Assembly (NCBI GenBank): GCA_964566925.1
Contig: CAZMIZ010000002.1
Location: 72,647-136,646 of the forward strand
Origin: an uncultured Gammaproteobacteria bacterium
GTDB lineage: Bacteria; Patescibacteriota; Microgenomatia; PFEM01; DATLAM01
DNA: 64,000 nucleotides
Direction of reading: 5' to 3'
Part shown: in pieces, positions 9,426 through 16,420 of the stretch
Numbering within the stretch: the first letter of the stretch is position 1
How the letters are laid out: every line of letters begins with the position of its first letter
Notes under the pieces: model-generated
What the model was told of the DNA's origin: nothing
Seen by the model: only the letters and a program-made list of their open reading frames with translations
The model's database searches: none
Translations under genes and position numbers: made by a program

Positions 9426-10112
9426 TTATTCTTGCATTTGAGAAAGAATACTTTGAAGGGATTCAACAGGGTCTGGAGCTTTATAAATCGGACTTCCGCA
9501 AACTAAAATATCAGCCCCATTTACTATTGCTTCATGGGGAGTGACAACTTGTTTTTGGGCATCAGGTCCTCTTTGATGTTCTCTAGGGCGTATGCCAGAG
9601 ACTAATTTGTTTGTAAGAATATCTTTAACCTCGCCAAGGCAATTTCCCGGAAGAATAATTCCGTCACAGCCAGCTTCAACAGCTACTTGAGCAAAATGAC
9701 GAACTGATTTTCCCATTGATCGGCCAAAATGTCTCTGGCAGTACTCATCGTCAAATCGGGTTGTAATAGTTACGCCTAAAACTTTTGTTTTACTCCCCTC
9801 TACTGCTTCAACAGCCGGTTTAATTAAACCGTCGGCGAAGGCCCAAACATTAGTATGATTAACGCCCATTTCGGCAAGAGTAGCAAAAATATGAGACATT
9901 GTCCTTGGACCATTGTTTACTTTCAGGTCAACGAAAACCGGTTTTTCTTGACTTTGAATATCCCTGATATAATCCAAGCCCCAAAGAATAACGTGGTCAA
10001 GATTTACCTTAAAACCAAAATTGCCTGCTACTTCGGAAAGTTGATCTGCCAGGGTAAGGTTTTGTTTTCGTTCATTATGGTCAAGAGCGACATAAAGAAG
10101 TCTTTCGTTCAT
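9426..10112 (-). CDS. pyrF: Orotidine-5'-phosphate decarboxylase, type 1 (canonical PyrF)
   Basis: Motifs LYVALDHN, FVDLKVNNGPRTM (the type-1 D-L-K-x-x-D-I-P-x-T equivalent) and C-terminal GADILVCGSPI. It lies immediately downstream of an OPRT-like gene in the same orientation, forming a pyrE-pyrF pair. Confidence 0.6.
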   Translation of the reverse strand: MNERLLYVALDHNERKQNLTLADQLSEVAGNFGFKVNLDHVILWGLDYIRDIQSQEKPVFVDLKVNNGPRTMSHIFATLAEMGVNHTNVWAFADGLIKPAVEAVEGSKTKVLGVTITTRFDDEYCQRHFGRSMGKSVRHFAQVAVEAGCDGIILPGNCLGEVKDILTNKLVSGIRPREHQRGPDAQKQVVTPHEAIVNGADILVCGSPIYKAPDPVESLQSILSQMQE

Positions 10113-10125
10113 ATCAAACCTTCTA

Positions 10126-10893
10126 TCAAATTTTTTTCGGTTTCAGTCCTCTCTCAGCTTGCCAATGAAGTGGGTTTTGTAAGAAGTCTCGATAGCTCTC
10201 TATTGCTCTGGAGCTGGAGTAACCATACTCCTCAGCCACATCGATTAGCTTTGGAAGGCTGGTAAGCTCAACAACCGTAATCCCCGTTTCTCTTAAACGC
10301 TCCAAAGCTTTGGGATTGTGGTAGTGAAGAACGGTAGCCGCATTTTCCGCTGGAAATCCAAGCTCTCTTAATCCTATGGCCGAGTTGGAAGTAGATTGAG
10401 CAAAATTTATCAGCTCTTCTATTATGAGAGGTTTTTGACCTATTTGGATGGAAGGGTTTCCGTCGATGCCAGTTACTAACTCCTTATGACCTCCCAGCTT
10501 TCTTGTTCCTCTAGTGTAGACATAAGGAATGCTACGGCCAGTCATCCTTTGCAAATCTTCTCTTAGTTGATAGCCTGGTATCATCCCTCCTGTGGCATTG
10601 GCAGCAATAAAGTCAAATTCTGTTTGTAAATCTAATAACCGAAGAGCTAACTGTTCTGTAAGAGTTTTAAATACTCTTTCTTGTCCAACCAATCCCTTGA
10701 TTGAAACATAACCGGGGCCCCAATTGCCTGAGCTATAAAGAAAAGGCTCTTCGCCAGCATCGACATCTCTTATTTCAACAGCCCCTGCATTAAGGATGGC
10801 TCTACAAACTTCTTCCTCAGTTAGTTTCTCTGGGAGTTCAGTTAAGTTTTCAGCAGGTTTTGGGGTTGGGGTTCCTCTCCAAGCTTCTCTCAT
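10126..10893 (-). CDS. pyrE: Orotate phosphoribosyltransferase-like type I PRTase
   Basis: Motifs FLYSSGNWGPGYVSIK (OPRT-like F-x-x-S-S-G-x-x-S-P-x-Y) and IAANATGGMIPG. The PRPP loop is partly degenerate (PLIIEELINFAQST). Position upstream of pyrF supports the call. Confidence 0.5.
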   Translation of the reverse strand: MREAWRGTPTPKPAENLTELPEKLTEEEVCRAILNAGAVEIRDVDAGEEPFLYSSGNWGPGYVSIKGLVGQERVFKTLTEQLALRLLDLQTEFDFIAANATGGMIPGYQLREDLQRMTGRSIPYVYTRGTRKLGGHKELVTGIDGNPSIQIGQKPLIIEELINFAQSTSNSAIGLRELGFPAENAATVLHYHNPKALERLRETGITVVELTSLPKLIDVAEEYGYSSSRAIESYRDFLQNPLHWQAERGLKPKKI

Positions 10894-10960
10894 TTTTAAC
10901 TTCTGATGGAGAATACCATAAACGCTAAAATTTTACAAGAGGTTTCTGTCTTTAATATTA

Positions 10961-11035
10961 TGGGTGAGTGAGGGGACTCGAACCCCCGACATCCTGCTCC
11001 ACAGGCAGGCGCTCTACCGCTGAGCTACACTCACC
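10961..11035 (-). tRNA. tRNA-His (anticodon GTG) with 5' G-1
   Basis: Reverse complement reads GGTGAGTGTAGCTCAGCGGTAGAGCGCCTGCCTGTGGAGCAGGATGTCGGGGGTTCGAGTCCCCTCACTCACCCA. The extra 5' G pairs with C73. Anticodon stem CCTGC/GCAGG encloses loop CTGTGGA. Confidence 0.75.
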
Positions 11036-11071
11036 AGGGCGACCCGTTAGACGGGTCAGCCGCGTTCGACG

Positions 11072-11147
11072 TGGCGCCCCTGGAGGGATTCGAACCCCCA
11101 ACCTTGAGTTTAGAACACTCCTGCTCTATCCGTTGAGCTACAGGGGC
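11072..11147 (-). tRNA. tRNA-Arg (anticodon TCT), CCA encoded
   Basis: Reverse complement reads GCCCCTGTAGCTCAACGGATAGAGCAGGAGTGTTCTAAACTCAAGGTTGGGGGTTCGAATCCCTCCAGGGGCGCCA. Acceptor GCCCCTG pairs with CAGGGGC. Anticodon loop is GTTCTAA. Positions 27-43 form a G-A mismatch. Confidence 0.7.
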
Positions 11148-11152
11148 TAGTG

Positions 11153-11225
11153 AGCGGGAGACGGGATTCGAACCCGTGATCTTCTCCTTGGAAGGGAGAC
11201 GCTCTACCAGCTAAGCTACTCCCGC
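11153..11225 (-). tRNA. tRNA-Gly (anticodon TCC), no encoded CCA
   Basis: Reverse complement reads GCGGGAGTAGCTTAGCTGGTAGAGCGTCTCCCTTCCAAGGAGAAGATCACGGGTTCGAATCCCGTCTCCCGCT. The cloverleaf is canonical, with discriminator U. Confidence 0.8.
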
Positions 11226-11226
11226 T

Positions 11227-11303
11227 TGGTCGGGGATGGCGGACTCGAACCGCCGACCTCGCGCTCCCAAAGCGCGCGCGCTAGCCAACTGCGCCAATCC
11301 CCG
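11227..11303 (-). tRNA. tRNA-Pro (anticodon TGG), CCA encoded
   Basis: Reverse complement reads CGGGGATTGGCGCAGTTGGCTAGCGCGCGCGCTTTGGGAGCGCGAGGTCGGCGGTTCGAGTCCGCCATCCCCGACCA. Anticodon stem CGCGC/GCGCG encloses loop TTTGGGA. Confidence 0.8.
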
Positions 11304-11306
11304 TTG

Positions 11307-11344
11307 GTGACGCGTTGAACGCGCCTACCACGTTTGACGTGGTG
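11307..11344 (-). repeat. tRNA 3'-trailer repeat copy 1: double hairpin immediately downstream of tRNA-Leu(TAA)
   Basis: The 38-nt sequence gtgRcgcgttgaacgcgcctaccacgtttgacgtggtg recurs with a single mismatch at 11594..11631. On the transcribed (minus) strand it forms two hairpins, CCACGT-CAAA-ACGTGG and CGCGTT-CAA-CGCG, directly after the tRNA ACCA end. Confidence 0.6.
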
Positions 11345-11429
11345 GGCGAGGTGGGAGTCGAACCCACACGGTGGGGTAACCACCACGAGATTTTAAGTCT
11401 CGCGCGTCTGCCAGTTCCGCCACCCGCCC
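11340..11429 (-). tRNA. tRNA-Leu (anticodon TAA), class II, CCA encoded
   Basis: Reverse complement reads GGGCGGGTGGCGGAACTGGCAGACGCGCGAGACTTAAAATCTCGTGGTGGTTACCCCACCGTGTGGGTTCGACTCCCACCTCGCCCACCA. Anticodon stem CGAGA/TCTCG encloses loop CTTAAAA. The variable arm is long. Confidence 0.8.
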
Positions 11430-11432
11430 TAA

Positions 11433-11506
11433 TGGCTGCGAGGGATGGATTCGAACCATCATTGACGACTTCAAAGGCCGCTGTCCTACCCTTAGACGAC
11501 CTCGCA
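11433..11506 (-). tRNA. tRNA-Gln (anticodon TTG), CCA encoded
   Basis: Reverse complement reads TGCGAGGTCGTCTAAGGGTAGGACAGCGGCCTTTGAAGTCGTCAATGATGGTTCGAATCCATCCCTCGCAGCCA. Anticodon stem GCGGC/GTCGT has two G-U pairs and encloses loop CTTTGAA. The overall pattern parallels E. coli tRNA-Gln. Confidence 0.75.
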
Positions 11507-11513
11507 TTAAAGT

Positions 11514-11588
11514 TGGAGCGGGTGATGGGATTCGAACCCACGACCTTCTCGTTGGCAACGAGACGTTCTACTGCTGAACTACACCCGC
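11514..11588 (-). tRNA. tRNA-Gly (anticodon GCC), CCA encoded
   Basis: Reverse complement reads GCGGGTGTAGTTCAGCAGTAGAACGTCTCGTTGCCAACGAGAAGGTCGTGGGTTCGAATCCCATCACCCGCTCCA. Anticodon stem TCTCG/CGAGA encloses loop TTGCCAA. Confidence 0.8.
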
Positions 11589-11593
11589 GCTTA

Positions 11594-11631
11594 GTGGCGC
11601 GTTGAACGCGCCTACCACGTTTGACGTGGTG
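11594..11631 (-). repeat. tRNA 3'-trailer repeat copy 2: the same double hairpin downstream of tRNA-Phe
   Basis: Near-identical to 11307..11344. It sits between tRNA-Phe (3' end at 11627) and tRNA-Gly(GCC) (5' end at 11588). Confidence 0.6.
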
Positions 11632-11702
11632 CCAGGGCCCGGAGTTGCACCGGGATCTCATGTTTTTCAGACACGCGCCGTGACTACCTTGGCTACCCTG
11701 GC
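11627..11702 (-). tRNA. tRNA-Phe (anticodon GAA), CCA encoded; non-canonical T-loop
   Basis: Reverse complement reads GCCAGGGTAGCCAAGGTAGTCACGGCGCGTGTCTGAAAAACATGAGATCCCGGTGCAACTCCGGGCCCTGGCACCA. Anticodon stem CGTGT/ACATG encloses loop CTGAAAA. The T-loop TGCAACT has G where the conserved U55 is expected. The D-stem has one mismatch. Confidence 0.6.
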
Positions 11703-11708
11703 TGGTTG

Positions 11709-11782
11709 TGGGCTCGGCAGGAATTGAACCTGCAACCTTTTGGATGTAAACCAAACGCTCTAGCCAATTGAGCTACGAGCCC
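11709..11782 (-). tRNA. tRNA-Val (anticodon TAC), no encoded CCA
   Basis: Reverse complement reads GGGCTCGTAGCTCAATTGGCTAGAGCGTTTGGTTTACATCCAAAAGGTTGCAGGTTCAATTCCTGCCGAGCCCA. Anticodon stem TTTGG/CCAAA encloses loop TTTACAT. Confidence 0.8.
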
Positions 11783-11800
11783 ATTTTAGCAAAAATTAGG

Positions 11801-11888
11801 TGCCGAGGACAGGACTTGAACCTGCACGGGCTTTTAAAGGCCCACAGCCGCCTCAGGACTGCGTGTCTGCCATTTCCACCACCTCGGC
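11801..11888 (-). tRNA. tRNA-Leu (anticodon GAG), class II, no encoded CCA
   Basis: Reverse complement reads GCCGAGGTGGTGGAAATGGCAGACACGCAGTCCTGAGGCGGCTGTGGGCCTTTAAAAGCCCGTGCAGGTTCAAGTCCTGTCCTCGGCA. Anticodon stem CAGTC/GGCTG encloses loop CTGAGGC with G37. Variable-arm stem is GGGC/GCCC. Confidence 0.75.
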
Positions 11889-11894
11889 TCGAAG

Positions 11895-11978
11895 TGCCAG
11901 AGGTGGGACTCGAACCCACACGGTTATGAAACCACATAGTTCTGAACCATGCGCGTCTGCCAATTCCGCCACTCTGGC
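11895..11978 (-). tRNA. tRNA-Leu (anticodon CAG), class II, no encoded CCA
   Basis: Reverse complement reads GCCAGAGTGGCGGAATTGGCAGACGCGCATGGTTCAGAACTATGTGGTTTCATAACCGTGTGGGTTCGAGTCCCACCTCTGGCA. Anticodon stem CATGG/CTATG encloses loop TTCAGAA. Variable-arm stem is GGTT/AACC. Confidence 0.75.
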
Positions 11979-12121
11979 ATTTTGTACTTAAATTATACCA
12001 AAGAAAAAGACGGAGTTCAAAGAATTTTAAGTGAGGTTATCGAAGGTTAGATCCATTCCTTATCCGGCTCCAAAGGCGAGCAAAGAAAGTTCTCTAGGGG
12101 TATTTTGGTATAATATATAAA

Positions 12122-12523
12122 ATGGGCAGGGAAGAAAGAGAACCACAGTTAACCGGGGCACAATTGAGAGCTCTTAAAGGCCTTGCAGGTCCTCCTCCAT
12201 TAGAAGACGGTCAGTTAATTCGAGACGATCCACTAGAAGTGGTCAGTTACACCCGCCATGCGGAAATTCCAGCCACCTCTGTAATCCCAACATTCCCACC
12301 TACCGAAGAAGAATTTCAAAATGTCGTCGATACCCTCCGGTGGCTTGATGTCCCTGAGGGAGAAGCTTCTTTCAATCCTGTCCGGGAATATCAGGCCTAT
12401 GTCGAACTAGTAGGACTAGGTTTAGTCGAAATGACTCCTCTTCAGGGAACCAACAGAATTGTAGTTGATTTAACTCCGGCTGGAGCTGAATTCCTCGGAA
12501 GGAAATTGGTGAAAAGGGAATAA
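12122..12523 (+). CDS. Hypothetical protein (133 aa), ORFan in the GC-rich islet
   Basis: Clean ORF with about 48% GC against about 35-40% for the flanks. No recognisable motif. Confidence 0.4.
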   Translation: MGREEREPQLTGAQLRALKGLAGPPPLEDGQLIRDDPLEVVSYTRHAEIPATSVIPTFPPTEEEFQNVVDTLRWLDVPEGEASFNPVREYQAYVELVGLGLVEMTPLQGTNRIVVDLTPAGAEFLGRKLVKRE

Positions 12524-12606
12524 AGCGCAGAGGCTCAAAACACAACCTTAAAAAGCGTAAGCTTTTCTGTAGCGCTAATACTGCGCAAGACTAATTTATA
12601 ACCAGA

Positions 12607-13146
12607 TTAACTTTCTTTTGGTTCTTGATTGTCTTGATTGAGGGAATTTAAAATCTCAATCCCGAGTTGCATTATTGCGCCCGATTCTGGGTTATACTCC
12701 TCTACTCTCAATAAATGAATTCCATCCTGATGTGTCAGAAAATGTATTTCTTGTCTGAGCCGGCCATCTTTCATGGAGCATTCCGTTTGCATCCCCGCGC
12801 CTTTAAGAACCTCAAAATACTTGCAACCCAATTGACTAACTAAAAAAACTCTCATCGCCTCTGTCCAGCCATTATTATTTACCGCCCTCCAACCATCAGG
12901 AGTTTCTAGGGCATTAACCCTTCGGCCTTCCCGAACGGGTCCTCTTTCTCCTCTTTCTCTTCCTTTTATTAGATTCCCCATTAAAACCTGTCTTTCCTTT
13001 TGGCCATCCATTACTGGCTGGATTAATTCCCCCAAAAAACTAACCACCTGCTCTGTGGACGCTGTTTCTAATTTCCTATCTTCAAGCTGGCCCTCATATT
13101 CTTCAAGCTGGCCCTCATTATGAAGCTCGCTTTCTACGTCTGTCAT
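12607..13146 (-). CDS. Hypothetical acidic protein (179 aa) with in-frame 21-nt tandem duplication
   Basis: ORF in the GC-rich islet. Nucleotides 13081-13120 contain ttcaagctggccctcat twice (period 21 nt), encoding EGQLEEY/EGQLEDR. Confidence 0.4.
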   Translation of the reverse strand: MTDVESELHNEGQLEEYEGQLEDRKLETASTEQVVSFLGELIQPVMDGQKERQVLMGNLIKGRERGERGPVREGRRVNALETPDGWRAVNNNGWTEAMRVFLVSQLGCKYFEVLKGAGMQTECSMKDGRLRQEIHFLTHQDGIHLLRVEEYNPESGAIMQLGIEILNSLNQDNQEPKES

Positions 13147-13240
13147 ACTTCCTCACCTCCTCTCTTTAAAAAACAAAAACTACCCTTTCGGGCAGCGAGG
13201 ACATTATAACTTTAAAAATCAAGCATTTCAAGAATTCTCC

Positions 13241-13624
13241 TTAAAAAGCTATCTTTTTTCGTTTATGGAGACAGACTTTTCCTCCAATCGGAAGCTCGGT
13301 ACAGGCGCGAGGGCGGATTGGTGTATCCCAAACTCCACACTCCTGATCCTTTAATTCTGGACAAGGACCAGGAATAAAAACTACTACCCTTGCCTCGCCT
13401 AGGCTAAAGCGGCGATAATAAGTTGTATAATAAATTCCTTCTTCAAGCGTATCATCGCCTCTGATAAGACTAAATTCTTCTCGGGGCACCTGGTGGATTT
13501 CAACAGCATCGCCCAGATTCCCTGTGAACCTCTCAAACTTGCTCCATCTCATACAAATGGTTGGATTATGGCAACAAGCAGCAGGGCAGTCAAGCGATAA
13601 ACATTTATTCTCAACCCCCATCAC
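13241..13624 (-). CDS. Cysteine-cluster protein (YkgJ/CxxCxxCC-like putative Zn/Fe-binding)
   Basis: N-terminal CLSLDCPAACCH (C-x4-C-x3-CC) plus later Cys residues (CPELKDQEC, C, C), 127 aa. Family assignment is tentative. Confidence 0.35.
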   Translation of the reverse strand: MMGVENKCLSLDCPAACCHNPTICMRWSKFERFTGNLGDAVEIHQVPREEFSLIRGDDTLEEGIYYTTYYRRFSLGEARVVVFIPGPCPELKDQECGVWDTPIRPRACTELPIGGKVCLHKRKKIAF

Positions 13625-13715
13625 CAGCCAATTTTACCATACTAGTAGTAATAATTGATCATCGCTGAATAGACAAAGTGAGAATAAATTTTAGGGTGCT
13701 ATAATAATAGGCCAA

Positions 13716-14384
13716 ATGCCAGCACTAATTATCGGATTGGCTTTGTTGATCATCGGATTACTGGCGAACGCCGTCTTACCCGGCAGAATCAATTTCCCTC
13801 AACCTGAGATTAAGTCTGGGTTTGACGAGATCAAATCTGACTTTGAAGAATCTTGGGTGTCCCCCACCCCCACACCTTTACCTACTCCTGTCCCCAAATT
13901 GACTTTAGTTCCAATCCCTAATGAGCAAACAGAAAACGGAACTGATTCCGAATGGAGTTTGGAAAAGGTTGATGAAGGTCTTACTCTTGCTGAAATCCCC
14001 ACTGACCCTAGAATGTCTACTCCAGACGAGTTATTTGAAGCCATGAATAGCTATCGTTCGGCTCATGGCTTGTCAACATTAACAAAGGATGACACCCTCT
14101 GTTTTATTGCTCAAAGTCGGGCGGAAGAACTCCATCAACTGGGAAAACTTGATAATCATGAAGGTTTAAGTAAATATCTAGATTATTTTATTCAAGCAGG
14201 TTTCACCAACCAAGCAGGAGAGGTCTTATTTTATGGAGGTCCACTTTACGGAGTTCACATCATAGAGTATGGTTGGGATCGTTCTTTAACAGGTCATCGT
14301 GAAGTTATCCAGGATCCTAATTACAATCACGGTTGCGGTGGAATTAGTGGCGAAGCAGTGGTTTTTATTTTTGGCCAGAGGTGA
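13716..14384 (+). CDS. Secreted CAP/SCP (PR-1-like, YkwD-type) domain protein with N-terminal TM anchor and Pro/Thr-rich linker
   Basis: TM segment ALIIGLALLIIGLLANAV, then linker PTPTPLPTPVP, then a CAP domain: NSYRSAHGLSTL, HEG and TGHREVIQDPNYNHGCG, resembling the CAP GH(Y/F)TQVVW core. Confidence 0.55.
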   Translation: MPALIIGLALLIIGLLANAVLPGRINFPQPEIKSGFDEIKSDFEESWVSPTPTPLPTPVPKLTLVPIPNEQTENGTDSEWSLEKVDEGLTLAEIPTDPRMSTPDELFEAMNSYRSAHGLSTLTKDDTLCFIAQSRAEELHQLGKLDNHEGLSKYLDYFIQAGFTNQAGEVLFYGGPLYGVHIIEYGWDRSLTGHREVIQDPNYNHGCGGISGEAVVFIFGQR

Positions 14385-14397
14385 AAAAGTTTTGATT

Positions 14398-15000
14398 TTA
14401 AAGAAGGCCTGCTTTTTTCAATTTGTTTTTGAAATCTCTTATCCCTTGATAAACAGTTGCCTTGAAGCCGATCTTTTTTAAGGCTTTTATTCGCTCTTTT
14501 TTATCGTCAAAGCAAAGAGCTTCCTCTGGCTTCAGTTTATATTTTTCTTTAAGTACTTGAGAGAATTTTGGGTTGGGCTTGAGAGCACCCACGTCATAGC
14601 TGCCAATGATTTCGAAGATTTTGGAAAGCTGGTGTTTTTTATCTAAGTATTTAACTCTGGCTCTGGTATTGTTGGTCAGAATTAAATTGATAATCCCCTT
14701 TTTCTTTAGTTTTTTCGCCACTTCAACAACTTCCTTATTGATCTGGGCAAACTCAAACCAATCTTTTATCGCTTTTTTATAAGAAAATTGGTACTTTGGA
14801 TATTGCCGCCACTTTTGGTAGTAGGGTCTGAAGAATTCATCAAAGGTAATTTCCCCTTTTCTGCAATCAAGGTAGCTTTTATCTCTGGCAAAAACAGTGA
14901 CTTTGAGAGGTAACCCGAATCTGAGTTTTAAACTTTCGGTATAAAAGCGTGGCTCCGTAAAAACCATGCCGTCAAGATCATAAACAACTGCTTTAATCAT
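14398..15000 (-). CDS. HAD-superfamily hydrolase (subfamily IA-like)
   Basis: Motif I VVYDLDGMV (DxDG), motif II LILTNN, motif III K in GALKPNP, motif IV CFDDK. Confidence 0.7.
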   Translation of the reverse strand: MIKAVVYDLDGMVFTEPRFYTESLKLRFGLPLKVTVFARDKSYLDCRKGEITFDEFFRPYYQKWRQYPKYQFSYKKAIKDWFEFAQINKEVVEVAKKLKKKGIINLILTNNTRARVKYLDKKHQLSKIFEIIGSYDVGALKPNPKFSQVLKEKYKLKPEEALCFDDKKERIKALKKIGFKATVYQGIRDFKNKLKKAGLL

Positions 15001-15076
15001 CTTTTTAAGGATATCATTTACTCAGGGTTTCTTCAATTTTGTCTTAGGTTTGTTTGATGGTATAATCCTATAAGAT

Positions 15077-16018
15077 ATGAAAGAGTCGTTTCCAAGCGCT
15101 CTCTCTAGGCGTGACTTTCTAACCGTTGGATGGTCAAGAAGACAGACTAGCGCGTCTGAGCAGGAGAAAAATAGTGGTTTTAGAGTGGTTGTCTCTCAAC
15201 CGGATCAACTTCCAGAAGATTTACCAGGGATTATTTTCTCAAATTGGATTGATTTTCCCTCTCCTCCTAAACCAAGACCAGCTAATGTCATGACAGTTAG
15301 CCACGAAAAGGGAAGAAAAAATTTCTCCCAAGAGGCATTAAGAGAAGATTGCTTTCTTTCGCCAATTTTAGTTGAGCCAATTAGTCCTATCCAAACAACT
15401 CAAGAAGAAAAGGTGCTTGAATTAGTTGCCCTTGCTGGAGAATGGTGGCTTCCTTTGATTCCTGTTGTCCAGGGGTCTTGGGCGCTATTCAAGGCAGGAG
15501 ATGTTCCCGAAATGCCCCGGCGGCGCTTTTTGTATTTCCTTGGAGGTCTTTTGGCCGGCTTTGGGGTTTCAAAGCTGGGTTTAACTCGACTTGCCGCTCG
15601 CCAAGAAAACTCCTCTGATGTTCTTGCTTCGGAATTTTCCATGAAGGCTAAGGTTTCGTCAATGCGGGCAATGATTATCATGGAAGACGCTTGGAAACTT
15701 CATAGAGAGCAAGTTTGCCAGGAGCCAGTGCTGGCAATTTCTGAAAGCAAGGCGGACGCCCTGGAACTATTTGCTGATCAAGATCCCGAAAGGTTAAAAA
15801 CCCAATTGTTGTCTTTGCCTGAATATCATGGGACTTTAGTCGAGTCAACTCGTGAAGCAGGTTCGGTTGAACAGCTTTTTACTTATAATATTACCGATCT
15901 TTACTATGGTGTTACTAATTCGATAACCCTTCGCGATGGAGTTTTTTTACAAAATCTTAAAAGAGTGGTTAGTCTATATCTTCCAGAACCTCTTCGTGAA
16001 GGCGAATGGTGTGCCTAA
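15077..16018 (+). CDS. Hypothetical protein with twin-arginine-like N-terminus
   Basis: N-terminus MKESFPSALSRRDFLTVGWS resembles the S-R-R-x-F-L-x Tat motif but no clear h-region/AxA site follows. Otherwise no motif. Confidence 0.4.
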   Translation: MKESFPSALSRRDFLTVGWSRRQTSASEQEKNSGFRVVVSQPDQLPEDLPGIIFSNWIDFPSPPKPRPANVMTVSHEKGRKNFSQEALREDCFLSPILVEPISPIQTTQEEKVLELVALAGEWWLPLIPVVQGSWALFKAGDVPEMPRRRFLYFLGGLLAGFGVSKLGLTRLAARQENSSDVLASEFSMKAKVSSMRAMIIMEDAWKLHREQVCQEPVLAISESKADALELFADQDPERLKTQLLSLPEYHGTLVESTREAGSVEQLFTYNITDLYYGVTNSITLRDGVFLQNLKRVVSLYLPEPLREGEWCA

Positions 16019-16089
16019 TCCACTTAATTGATTTGGACAAAAATAATTTTGCCGAAGAATAGTTTCAGTGATATAATTAGAGATGTTCA

Positions 16090-16137
16090 GCGCCAGTAGT
16101 TCAGCGGATTAGAGCATCTGCCTCTCGTCTTTGCGGA
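16090..16137 (+). pseudogene. tRNA 5'-half fragment (acceptor 5' strand, D-arm, start of anticodon stem) without a matching 3' half
   Basis: GCGCCAGTAGTTCAGCGGATTAGAGCATCTGCCTC... parallels the 5' half of the downstream tRNA-Lys(CTT) (GGGTCCATAGCTCAGCGGTAGAGCACCTGCCTC). No complementary CTGGCGC acceptor strand or T-arm follows. It abuts the 5' end of tRNA-Arg(TCG). Confidence 0.3.
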
Positions 16138-16209
16138 GCCTCTGTAGCTTAATGGACAAAGCGGCGGTCTTCGGAACCGTTGATGGGGGTTCGATTCCCT
16201 CCAGAGGCG
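16138..16209 (+). tRNA. tRNA-Arg (anticodon TCG)
   Basis: GCCTCTGTAGCTTAATGGACAAAGCGGCGGTCTTCGGAACCGTTGATGGGGGTTCGATTCCCTCCAGAGGCG. Acceptor GCCTCTG pairs with CAGAGGC. D-stem is GCTT/AAGC. Anticodon stem GCGGT/ACCGT encloses loop CTTCGGA. T-loop is TTCGATT. Confidence 0.75.
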
Positions 16210-16232
16210 CATTTGTCTAAGACGCAATTTAA

Positions 16233-16304
16233 GGGTCCATAGCTCAGCGGTAGAGCACCTGCCTCTTAAGCAGGGTGTCGGAGGTTCGAATCCTCCTGGA
16301 CCCA
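16233..16304 (+). tRNA. tRNA-Lys (anticodon CTT)
   Basis: GGGTCCATAGCTCAGCGGTAGAGCACCTGCCTCTTAAGCAGGGTGTCGGAGGTTCGAATCCTCCTGGACCCA. The cloverleaf is canonical, with anticodon loop CTCTTAA. Confidence 0.8.
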
Positions 16305-16420
16305 CTAAGAAAATTGCTTGGATTGCCTTTGGCAAAAAAGCAGTTAGTTGAAGGCTTCCGCCTCGGCGGACCCGCCGAAGACATGGCGAGTCTTTCCGGG
16401 GTCACTTACTTGGATCCAAA

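Noticed and set aside
10968-11991. Track ORFs 10968..11150(+), 11281..11754(-), 11315..11605(+), 11325..11558(-) and 11800..11991(+)
   Set aside because: They lie entirely within the array of eleven tRNA genes. Their high GC and Arg/Pro/Gly-rich translations are typical of antisense or overlapping reads through tRNA sequence, so they are spurious.
16087-16335. Track ORF 16087..16335(-), 82 aa
   Set aside because: Overlaps tRNA-Arg(TCG), tRNA-Lys(CTT) and the tRNA fragment on the opposite strand. Spurious.
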